Assembly (NCBI GenBank): GCA_965205865.1
Contig: CBDBHR010000029.1
Location: 64,001-128,000 of the forward strand
Direction: 5' to 3'
DNA from: a bacterium
GTDB taxonomy: Bacteria; SAR324; NAC60-12
Length of the DNA stretch: 64,000 bases
The stretch's first letter is position 1; each line of letters starts with the position of its first letter. A program made the translations under genes and the position numbers. Below are positions 55,889 through 64,000 of this stretch, in pieces. Below the pieces are notes generated by a model that was not told the origin of the DNA, did not search any database, and saw only the letters and a list, made by a program, of their open reading frames with translations.

Positions 55889-57061
55889 GTGAGTAAATTT
55901 CAATTGAAAGTAATTTCCAATAACAAAGAGTCATGGCCATTCATGCGAGGCATCCTGACCCATTCCCTCGTCCAGCATGGCATGGAATTCAATAAAGCCT
56001 ACAATGTCGCCCAACAGGTCAAACGGAGCTTGTCTGGCAAGGAAGCCATTGCCAAGGAAGAGTTGAGAACGATCGTAGAAAACGAAATCAAAGACAAATT
56101 GGGTCAAGATGACCTGAAAAAATTCAAGCAACCACTGGATATGTCTCTGTCAACGATCAAGGTGGTATCTGAGGATTCCAGTGCTCCGTTTTCCAAAGGG
56201 TTGCTCGCTCGCTCGCTCATGGCAGCAGGAATTCCGCCCAATCATACCCATCAGATGGCGCAGGAAATTCAACAGAAGCTGTACCAGGATCAAATCCTGG
56301 AAATCACCACTAAAAATTTGTATAAGCGCACTTATCGAAAAGTCCTCAATGAATCAGGAGAAGAAACGGCAGAGTTTTATAAACTGGCCACCAGCATCAA
56401 CCGCATGGATCGTCCGATGATCATCTACATAGGCGGCGGCATTGGCGCGGGCAAATCCTCCTTGGCGACCGAATTGGCTTCCCGTTTGGATATTTCGAAG
56501 GTCACCGGAACGGACATGATTCGCCAGATAATGCGTACGATTTTCACGGAACAAATGCTGCCCACTTTGCACAGTTCTTCCTTTGATTTCATCGGAGATA
56601 TTCCCAAAATCTCGCATACGGATAATACAAAAGAGGGATTTATCGCCCAGGCGGTCAATGTCAACGTAGGTGTGCGCGCCATGGTGGAACGCGCTATCAA
56701 TGAAAATATAAATATGATCCTGGAAGGTGTCCATTTGTTACCTTCTTTGATCCATTTCGAAGATTTGGCCAATAAAGCCTACCATATCCCAGTGGTGATC
56801 TCATTGAGTAATGACAAAAGTCACCGAGCACGATTCAATATTCGTCAAAAGCGAGCATTCAACCGCAAGGCGCAACGCTATGAGGAATACTTCGAAAGAA
56901 TTCGGCAAATTCATGATTATTGTATCGAAACAGCGGGAAAGCACGGAGTCGACATCATTGAGAATGAGGACTTTGATCGCTCCATCAACCAATTGGTGCG
57001 CATGGTGATCACCAAATTGCTCCAACAAATCGGTTCCGGTCGTAAACCTTCAAAGCCATAA
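55889..57061 (+). CDS. 2-phosphoglycerate kinase family (ATP-cone-like segments plus P-loop)
   Basis: PFMRGIL, PFSKGLLARSL, GGIGAGKS, TDMIRQIMR and LEGVHL. Confidence 0.82.
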   Translation: MSKFQLKVISNNKESWPFMRGILTHSLVQHGMEFNKAYNVAQQVKRSLSGKEAIAKEELRTIVENEIKDKLGQDDLKKFKQPLDMSLSTIKVVSEDSSAPFSKGLLARSLMAAGIPPNHTHQMAQEIQQKLYQDQILEITTKNLYKRTYRKVLNESGEETAEFYKLATSINRMDRPMIIYIGGGIGAGKSSLATELASRLDISKVTGTDMIRQIMRTIFTEQMLPTLHSSSFDFIGDIPKISHTDNTKEGFIAQAVNVNVGVRAMVERAINENINMILEGVHLLPSLIHFEDLANKAYHIPVVISLSNDKSHRARFNIRQKRAFNRKAQRYEEYFERIRQIHDYCIETAGKHGVDIIENEDFDRSINQLVRMVITKLLQQIGSGRKPSKP

Positions 57062-57066
57062 CAAGG

Positions 57067-58323
57067 ATGAGATACCCAACTTTAATTCTGATCTTGGATG
57101 GGCTCGGAGACGAACCTTTGGAAGAGTTGGAAAACCGTACACCTTTGCAGGCGGCCCGTATTCCAACATTTGACTGGTTAGCAAAAAAAGGGCAATGCGG
57201 TCTCATTGATCCCCTCGGCAATGGAAAGCCCGCAAACACGACTGAAGGCATTTTAGGGCTCTTGGGATACAATCCGCATGTTTACCCGGTCGGACGGGGA
57301 GTGGTCGAAGCCTTGGGAGCCGGGATTCAACTGCAAAATGGGGATATTGCCCTGCGAGGCAATTTGGCTTGCCTGGATGATGGCAATAGAGTGCGAGACC
57401 GGCGGGCAGGTCGCATCCGTGAAGAAGCCGGGGAACTTTTGCAGGCCCTTGGCCAAATCCGGACGCCGCCGGAGGTAGAAATTCTTATTGGAGCAGGGAC
57501 GGAACACCGTTTTGCCTTGGTCATGCGAGGAGAAGGCCTTTCCGAACAAATATTGGGAAGCGATCCCAAAGATGGCAACCCCAACGGATTCCGCATTTCC
57601 CCCTCTTCCCTGAATTCTTCGAACCCTTTGGCGCGAAAGACTGCGAAAATGTTGGATCAGTTCGAAAAGCATGCGCAACAGGTATTGTCGAAACATCCAA
57701 TCAATCACCAACGAATCCGACAAGCGCGTTTGCCTGCTAACGCGATTTTAACGCGTGATCCGGGGAAGGCGGTTCAACTTCCTCCACTTCGCTTGAGGAA
57801 TCAGTCCTTGCGGGGAATGTGCATTGGTGGAGACAAGATCATACTTGGCGTGGCGAAGCTACTCGGTATGGAGTATTATTGGGCAGAGCAAATGACAGCC
57901 AATCTTGATACGGACTTATCGATAAAATTCAATCATGCTTTGAAATGCTTACATCATTATGACCTGGTCGTCCTTCATATCAAAGGTTGTGACATTGCTG
58001 CTCATGATCGTCAGGCTCGCAAAAAACTAGGTTTTATTGAGAAAATTGATCAAGCTCTGGCAGCTTTTTTAGAAGAATTGACTGCCGACAAGGACTATTT
58101 AGCGATTCGAATTGGTATCACGGCAGATCATTGCACTTCCAGTAAAAAAGGCTATCATATCAGCGACCCAGTGCCCGTTATCATTCATCATCCGGAGCAA
58201 CCTGCCGATTCGGTTGAGGGATTTGATGAATTGCAAGTCGCCCCGGGAATCCTGGGTCGATTCCAGAGTGATCAACTGTTGGAAAAATTATGGCACGGAA
58301 CGAGACCTTCTTCCCGGCAGTGA
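57067..58323 (+). CDS. apgM: Cofactor-independent phosphoglycerate mutase, ApgM type
   Basis: LDGLGD..TPLQAA..GRGVVEALG..DRRAGRI..HIKGCD..H..TADH. Confidence 0.88.
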   Translation: MRYPTLILILDGLGDEPLEELENRTPLQAARIPTFDWLAKKGQCGLIDPLGNGKPANTTEGILGLLGYNPHVYPVGRGVVEALGAGIQLQNGDIALRGNLACLDDGNRVRDRRAGRIREEAGELLQALGQIRTPPEVEILIGAGTEHRFALVMRGEGLSEQILGSDPKDGNPNGFRISPSSLNSSNPLARKTAKMLDQFEKHAQQVLSKHPINHQRIRQARLPANAILTRDPGKAVQLPPLRLRNQSLRGMCIGGDKIILGVAKLLGMEYYWAEQMTANLDTDLSIKFNHALKCLHHYDLVVLHIKGCDIAAHDRQARKKLGFIEKIDQALAAFLEELTADKDYLAIRIGITADHCTSSKKGYHISDPVPVIIHHPEQPADSVEGFDELQVAPGILGRFQSDQLLEKLWHGTRPSSRQ

Positions 58324-58395
58324 TGTGTTTTCGACAGGCTTCCCATTGTTTTACCAGAGCGACCGTCTTTTCAACTCTTTATACCAAAGAAACTC

Positions 58396-59283
58396 ATGTT
58401 GATTGAAGGAAAAACCAAACGTATAGTACCCGGACCGCAACCCGGAACAATTCTCATGGAAACAAAAGATGAATTGACCGGGGGCGATGCGGCAAAAAAG
58501 GCGAGAATCTCGGGTATCGCCGCACACAAGACTCAACAAACTGCCAATGTGTTTCGCTACCTGCGACGGAAGGGAATTCCGGTTGCATTCATCGAACAGC
58601 CAGAACCCGCGTCTTTGTTGTGTGACGCTTGTGACATGATTCCTTTGGAACTGGTCATGCGACGTTATGCTTGGGGTAGTTACCTCAAACGAGAACCATC
58701 ATTTCAACAGTCTGATGGTACAGCCTATCGCTTTGAAGATATCCTTTGTGAATTCTTTCACAAATGGGCTGTGGTTACCGACCCTTTAGCTGATCCTCCT
58801 TTGCAAATGGACGAAAACCAGGCGCGTTCTTTATATCTCGAGGAAGGTAACTGGCCCGAAGGAGTCTATACGGATCCCTACTTGTACATAGTCAATGACA
58901 GGTGGCAGTTACACCCTGCCAAATTAAATTTTGATGCCACAAAACCGCTGATGATCATCGAAGCGATGATTGCGGTGGAGGAACGACAGCGGATAATCCA
59001 TAATTTGATGCTACCCTGCTTCCACTCGCTGGAAAAGGCTTGGAGTGATGTGCAAACTCAACATGGCGCGGTGGCATTGGTGGATCTCAAAATTGAAGTG
59101 GGACGCCGTCAAAATGATGGAGAAATTGTCATTGCCGACGTGATCGACAATGACAGTTGGAGGATTTGGCCTGGAGGGGACCCCAAAAGGCAGTTGGATA
59201 AGCAAAATTTCCGAGACGGACACCCCCTGAGCATGATTGCTGATAATTATGCATTGGTCGCGGAATTGACTCAGCAGTTTTAA
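58396..59283 (+). CDS. purC: SAICAR synthetase
   Basis: EGKTK, IPLELVMR, VDLKIE, ADVIDNDSWRIW and DKQ. Confidence 0.88.
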   Translation: MLIEGKTKRIVPGPQPGTILMETKDELTGGDAAKKARISGIAAHKTQQTANVFRYLRRKGIPVAFIEQPEPASLLCDACDMIPLELVMRRYAWGSYLKREPSFQQSDGTAYRFEDILCEFFHKWAVVTDPLADPPLQMDENQARSLYLEEGNWPEGVYTDPYLYIVNDRWQLHPAKLNFDATKPLMIIEAMIAVEERQRIIHNLMLPCFHSLEKAWSDVQTQHGAVALVDLKIEVGRRQNDGEIVIADVIDNDSWRIWPGGDPKRQLDKQNFRDGHPLSMIADNYALVAELTQQF

Positions 59284-59285
59284 AG

Positions 59286-60641
59286 GTGAGTGCTGTGTCT
59301 GAATCCTTGAAGCACCTTTCCTATGATTTAGCATATACTGTATTTTTTCCCCTCACCGGTAATCCGGCAGGGTTCCATCATCTGCTTTTGGCAGAATGCG
59401 TTCTACGGCAATTCCCGAAGTTGCAAAAAATCATTTTCATTCTGTCAAACGGCAGGCATCCGGATCCCACCAAAGAGCAAAAGATAATGGGTCAACAACT
59501 CCGTTTGGAAATTTTGAGAAATGCGCTTCAAGAGTTTGCTTTTCCTTCTGTCAGCTTTCTTGCAAAAGTTGCTCATGCAGACCAATTTTCATTTAAACTG
59601 GGGGAACAGAATACTTTCATATGCGAAGCAGAATTCGAAAGGAGCAATTCTATTCCACTTGCCGAGCACGTTGATCAACTCAAGCAAAACGCGTCCCCTG
59701 CCTCTTACAATCATCCAGTGCAAATAATTCTTGGAGACGATCTGGTGGGACGTATGCGTAGTCCTGAAATCTTCAATGATTCAGATCTTCTCCTGCTTGC
59801 TGAGAATAGTCGATTTTTGATTGCGCCTCGGGAAAAACAGGTAGTCGCTTCATCCATTGAATCATTAAAACAAGTTCGTGATGTTTCCCTTCAATACCAG
59901 GAAATTCGATTCGAACTGCTTCCAAAGACATTGCATCCTTGGCTGGATTTGTCTTCAACGCTGATTCGCCAAATGGCGCAGGCCGGGCATGTTTTAACTT
60001 GCTTTCTCCCCGACAGCGCTGCCCGGGTGGTGGAACAAAACAATCTCTTCCGGCATCCTCCTAAATCTTTTGATTGCAGTGAATGGGAACAAGCATGTCG
60101 CCAGCAGGAGCTGCTTCTTGATCAATTGGCGCACCAACTGGAAGATTTGCTCAACCGACGGGCTGACCGGCAGTTGCCTCATACGATTTCTATTGTGGAA
60201 ACCAGTACTGGTGGTCGATTGACGGCTGCTCTAGCGGCTTTACCCGGGATATCCCGGCATCTCCAGGAAGGCGCGATCCTCTATAATCAGAAATCCAAGG
60301 AGCGATTGTTAGGAAAATCGATGCCAGAGTCTACGGTTACTGAAGAAGTGGCAATGCAGCTTGCAATAGCATTCCAAGAGCAGAGTCAGGCGGATTTTGT
60401 CCTGGTGGAAACCGGAGTGGCCGGTCCGTCTCATGGGAAAAGACGCAGCTGCAAGCAAGGAGTATGTGAGATTGCGTTGGCTACTCCGAAAACCATCATG
60501 CATCTCCGTCATCAGAGTCACCCTTTTCTCACAAAAAAAGAACATCAACTGCGCTTTGCAATTGCCGCGCTGGAATGGCTAAGGAACACTCTTGAAAAAA
60601 TAGATGAAAGTCCGACTGGCAACGGACCTGAAGAACTATGA
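59286..60641 (+). CDS. NadD-like nucleotidyltransferase fused to a CinA/PncC-like domain
   Basis: N-terminal TGNPAGFHH, ILGDD and LSSTLIR; C-terminal IVETSTGG, PGIS, YNQKSK and ETGVAGP. Confidence 0.72.
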   Translation: MSAVSESLKHLSYDLAYTVFFPLTGNPAGFHHLLLAECVLRQFPKLQKIIFILSNGRHPDPTKEQKIMGQQLRLEILRNALQEFAFPSVSFLAKVAHADQFSFKLGEQNTFICEAEFERSNSIPLAEHVDQLKQNASPASYNHPVQIILGDDLVGRMRSPEIFNDSDLLLLAENSRFLIAPREKQVVASSIESLKQVRDVSLQYQEIRFELLPKTLHPWLDLSSTLIRQMAQAGHVLTCFLPDSAARVVEQNNLFRHPPKSFDCSEWEQACRQQELLLDQLAHQLEDLLNRRADRQLPHTISIVETSTGGRLTAALAALPGISRHLQEGAILYNQKSKERLLGKSMPESTVTEEVAMQLAIAFQEQSQADFVLVETGVAGPSHGKRRSCKQGVCEIALATPKTIMHLRHQSHPFLTKKEHQLRFAIAALEWLRNTLEKIDESPTGNGPEEL

Positions 60642-60711
60642 CGTCATACGGAATATTGCGAGATTTTCGTTCAAACGCCGACTGTCAAAGCAAACAAAAA
60701 GAAAATTTCTG

Positions 60712-61329
60712 ATGATTTCCGCAATTGTACTTGCCGCTGGTGAATCAAAAAGAATGGGAAGACCAAACAAACTGCTGCTTCCATTTGATGGGAAAGCACT
60801 CGTTGCTCACCTGGTGGATGCTATTCTGGCCTCCAATGTCCGTGAAACCTTGGTGATCTTGGGGTACGAAGCAGCATTCGTGAAAAATGCGCTGCGCAGT
60901 CGAAAAGTACGTTTTGTGGAAAATCAACATTATCTGCAAGGGATGACCACGTCCATTCAGGCAGGGGTGCGCGAGGTGGATGCCGGGTCAAAAGGAATCA
61001 TGGTCTGTCTTTCTGATTTACCACTGGTGCAAACCGGAGAATTGAATAAGCTGATTCTTGAGTTTGAAGAAGCCTGCCTCACCAACAGAAAACAGATCGT
61101 TCTGCCCAGCTACCAAGGACAACGTGGTAATCCTGTAATTTTTTCGGTATATTATAAATCTCGGATCCTGAAACATGGGGAAGAGAATGGTTGCCGGGGA
61201 TTGATCCACCAGTATAAGGATCAAGTGCATGCTGTCGAAATGCTGACTTCCCACGTCCTGACCGATATTGATACGAAAACAGACTACGAAATACTTGTTT
61301 CAGGTAACACGCAGGAACACAATGAGTGA
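60712..61329 (+). CDS. Molybdenum cofactor cytidylyltransferase-like (MocA)
   Basis: VLAAGESKRMG..NKLLL, GMTTSI, LSDLP, GNPV and DID. Confidence 0.85.
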   Translation: MISAIVLAAGESKRMGRPNKLLLPFDGKALVAHLVDAILASNVRETLVILGYEAAFVKNALRSRKVRFVENQHYLQGMTTSIQAGVREVDAGSKGIMVCLSDLPLVQTGELNKLILEFEEACLTNRKQIVLPSYQGQRGNPVIFSVYYKSRILKHGEENGCRGLIHQYKDQVHAVEMLTSHVLTDIDTKTDYEILVSGNTQEHNE

Positions 61330-62179
61330 GGTTTTTTTTGAAAAAATGACAGAGTTATATAGGTGCAGGGAACCGTTTGCCCTGGCAACTGTGATTCGAA
61401 TTGAAGGCTCGGCCTCTGCGAAACCGGGAGCCAAAGCCATTATCGACAAAAATGGAAAAACCCTCATGGGTTGGGTGGGAGGAGGCTGCGCAGAAAGTGC
61501 GGTCTGCCAGCAAGCCTTGGCCAGCCTCGAGGATGAACAAACGCGCATTGTGCCCATTGATCTGGACGACGAAGTGCTCGGAGTGGGCATGCCTTGCGGG
61601 GGAATGATGGAGGTTTATGTGGAACCGTACCTGCCGAAGCCGGAATTGTTGATCGTGGGCCATGGCCGTATTGCCGAATCTTTGGCGATGCTAGGAAAAT
61701 TTCTTGATTTTTTTGTAACAATCAATGACCCCATGGCCACCAAAGAAATCTTTCCCACAGCCGATCGATTGGTTACCGACGACCAGGACTTCAGCCAGAT
61801 GCACGTCAATCCGAATTCCTATGTCGTTGTCGTGACTCAACATAAAGGGGATCATCTTTCAATTAAAAAAGCCTTGGAAGGACATGGGGCTTATATTGCC
61901 TTGGTTGCCAGCAAAAAACGATCTGCGCTCGTATTGGAATACTTATTGGAAGCAGGAATCTCGCAGGAAGAGTTGGCCACTGTGTATGCTCCTGCAGGAA
62001 TCGATATCGGTTGTGTCATGCCAGAAGAAATTGCTTTGAGTATTATCACGGAAATTGTGGCAAAGCGCCGGGGAGGGTCGTGCCGTCCGATGATGGAAAT
62101 TAAAGGAACCCGCATTTTTGCAACCCCTCAAAAGGAGGGAAAAGCCCCCATCAAGATCGTTGAGGAAGTCTCGGAATGA
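61322..62179 (+). CDS. XdhC/CoxI family molybdoenzyme maturation protein
   Basis: GWVGGGCAE, CGG and PAGIDIG..PEEIALSI. Confidence 0.9.
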   Translation: MSEVFFEKMTELYRCREPFALATVIRIEGSASAKPGAKAIIDKNGKTLMGWVGGGCAESAVCQQALASLEDEQTRIVPIDLDDEVLGVGMPCGGMMEVYVEPYLPKPELLIVGHGRIAESLAMLGKFLDFFVTINDPMATKEIFPTADRLVTDDQDFSQMHVNPNSYVVVVTQHKGDHLSIKKALEGHGAYIALVASKKRSALVLEYLLEAGISQEELATVYAPAGIDIGCVMPEEIALSIITEIVAKRRGGSCRPMMEIKGTRIFATPQKEGKAPIKIVEEVSE

Positions 62180-62185
62180 GGGCGT

Positions 62186-63448
62186 ATGAGAACAACATTC
62201 TCTCAAAAAATGGAAGAACTGACTCGGGAGAACTGGGTAAAACGCATTCGCTTCGATTTTCCAATCCTCCAGCGAAGAGTGAATGATAATCCTTTGGCCT
62301 ACCTGGACAATGCAGCCACCACTCAAAAACCCCGACAAGTCATCGAAGCGCTGGTTCGCTTTTACGAGCAGCACAATGCAAACGTTCATCGCGGAGTCCA
62401 TACTTTATCCGAAGAAGCATCTCAACTGTACGAAGACTCGCGTGAAAAAGTAGCGGCTTTTATTCGAGCCCCATCGGCACGGTCGATTGTCTTTACTCGA
62501 GGAACGACGGAAGCGATCAATCTGGTTGCTCATTCTTGGCTCAGACCACGGCTACAGCCTGGTGATCAAATTCTGGTCTCCAGAATGGAACACCATTCCA
62601 ATCTAGTCCCTTGGCAGATGGTAGCCCGGCAAAGAGGAGCCAGGATCCGATACATTCCTTTGACCCCGGAAGGAACCCTGGATCCGGACGTATTGGAACG
62701 ATCGATGAACCCCCGCACGCGGATGCTGGCCTTTTGTCACATTTCCAATGTTTTGGGCACCCGCAATCCCTTGGAAGATATCATCAAAACCGCCCATGGA
62801 CACCAAATTCCAGTGTTGGTGGATGCCGCGCAGTCGGTTGCCCACTGCCCGGTTGATGTGGCTGCTTATGATTGTGACTTTCTGGCATTTTCCTCTCATA
62901 AGATGTATGGCCCCACCGGGATTGGCGTGCTTTACGGCAAACCTCACTATCTCGAAGAAATGGAACCTTTAACTAGCGGGGGAGGTATGATTCGCCAGGT
63001 AGGGGATGAGCAATCCACATGGGCCGATTTCCCGGCAAAGTTTGAAGCGGGAACGCCTCCTCTGGCGGAAGCTGTTGGGCTGGCTGCCGCAATTGACTAC
63101 CTCCATACGATCGGTATGGATAGAATTGAGCTGCATGAGCGGGAATTGATGGCTTATGCCCTGGCACTGTTGCAGCAAACCCCTGATGTGACGATCTATC
63201 CTCCTTTGGATTGCAATCAGAAAACAGCTGTACTTTCCTTCAATATTGGTGATGCGCATCCTCATGATGTCGCCCAAATTCTGGACTTCGAAGGCGTGGC
63301 AGTACGAGCAGGTCACCACTGTGCGCAACCACTTATGCGCGCTTTGGGAGTGCAAGCCACTATTCGCCTCAGCTTTTCTTTGTATAACCTCTCTTCCGAA
63401 ATTGACCAGCTCGCGCAAGGGTTACGCAAGGTACGTGAAATTTTTTAA
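62186..63448 (+). CDS. sufS: Cysteine desulfurase, SufS type
   Basis: YLDNAATTQKP, EHHSN, SSHKMYGPTG and RAGHHCA. Confidence 0.95.
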   Translation: MRTTFSQKMEELTRENWVKRIRFDFPILQRRVNDNPLAYLDNAATTQKPRQVIEALVRFYEQHNANVHRGVHTLSEEASQLYEDSREKVAAFIRAPSARSIVFTRGTTEAINLVAHSWLRPRLQPGDQILVSRMEHHSNLVPWQMVARQRGARIRYIPLTPEGTLDPDVLERSMNPRTRMLAFCHISNVLGTRNPLEDIIKTAHGHQIPVLVDAAQSVAHCPVDVAAYDCDFLAFSSHKMYGPTGIGVLYGKPHYLEEMEPLTSGGGMIRQVGDEQSTWADFPAKFEAGTPPLAEAVGLAAAIDYLHTIGMDRIELHERELMAYALALLQQTPDVTIYPPLDCNQKTAVLSFNIGDAHPHDVAQILDFEGVAVRAGHHCAQPLMRALGVQATIRLSFSLYNLSSEIDQLAQGLRKVREIF

Positions 63449-63485
63449 AGGACTAAAAACTGTTGGCGATTTGGAGAACAAAAAA

Positions 63486-64000
63486 TCATTGCCAAAAGTG
63501 CAAAAGTTCTTCTGGCTTTTCGATCAAGGCCTGTGCTCCGTGGTTCTGTAATTCTTCCCTGGGACGGAATCCCCAAAGAACGCCGACAGCAAACATCCGG
63601 GCTGCATTGGCAGTTTTCATATCAATACCCGTATCTCCCAAGTAAAGAAATGATTCGGGAGGAAAATCGAGACTGCGTGCGATTTCCAGGGCCCCCGCGG
63701 GATCTGGTTTACAAGGCAGGTTTTCTTGTTGCCCCAAAACCTGGTCAAACTTCCATTTTCCCAGCATTTCACCAACACATTTCTGTGCGAAAGCATTGGG
63801 TTTGTTGGATAGCACTCCAATGCGGATACCACCTGCAACCAGGGAATCGAGCATGGAATCCACACCCGCATAGGGTTTACTTTTGATGTTCCAGTTTTGC
63901 TCATACAATTGATTGAAAGCATATACGCAGCGGCACAGCGTGGATTTGTTCCTCTCACTTTCCGGAAGTGCTCGCTTGATCAACATAGTAGCGCCTTCTC
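63486..64000 (-). CDS. HAD hydrolase, phosphoglycolate phosphatase-like (partial)
   Basis: LSNK, KPDP, YLGD..D and WGF; frame is open past the window edge. Confidence 0.88.
   Translation of the reverse strand, partial: EGATMLIKRALPESERNKSTLCRCVYAFNQLYEQNWNIKSKPYAGVDSMLDSLVAGGIRIGVLSNKPNAFAQKCVGEMLGKWKFDQVLGQQENLPCKPDPAGALEIARSLDFPPESFLYLGDTGIDMKTANAARMFAVGVLWGFRPREELQNHGAQALIEKPEELLHFWQ

Overview
Bacterial DNA in two parts. Bases 1 to about 38,400 are a decaying accessory/defence island. It holds two paralogous Type ISP restriction-modification genes, an XcyI-like Type II RM pair, DUF4268, DUF4365-TPR, a TcmP/DUF5131 pair, HigBA, PIN and Fic genes, and many pseudogenes. It is crowded with mobile remnants: an intact ISNCY-like IS, IS5 and IS630 fragments, two group II intron fragments and three MITE families. 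One MITE family is an internally deleted RAYT (HUH/Y1) element whose GGGGTCAGGCTTG ends sit at many of the island's mosaic junctions, and one such end is the exact 5' exon of a group II intron. Bases about 38,700 to 64,000 are mostly housekeeping: MlaA-MlaC-MMPL, a SPOR protein, lysA, oadGAB, 1-Cys peroxiredoxin, lpxD, arfB, 2-phosphoglycerate kinase, apgM, purC, a NadD-PncC-like fusion, MocA, XdhC, sufS and a HAD phosphatase. Gene content suggests a deltaproteobacterial/SAR324-like, possibly host-associated organism (inference only). All family calls come from motif recognition by eye; no database searches were run.
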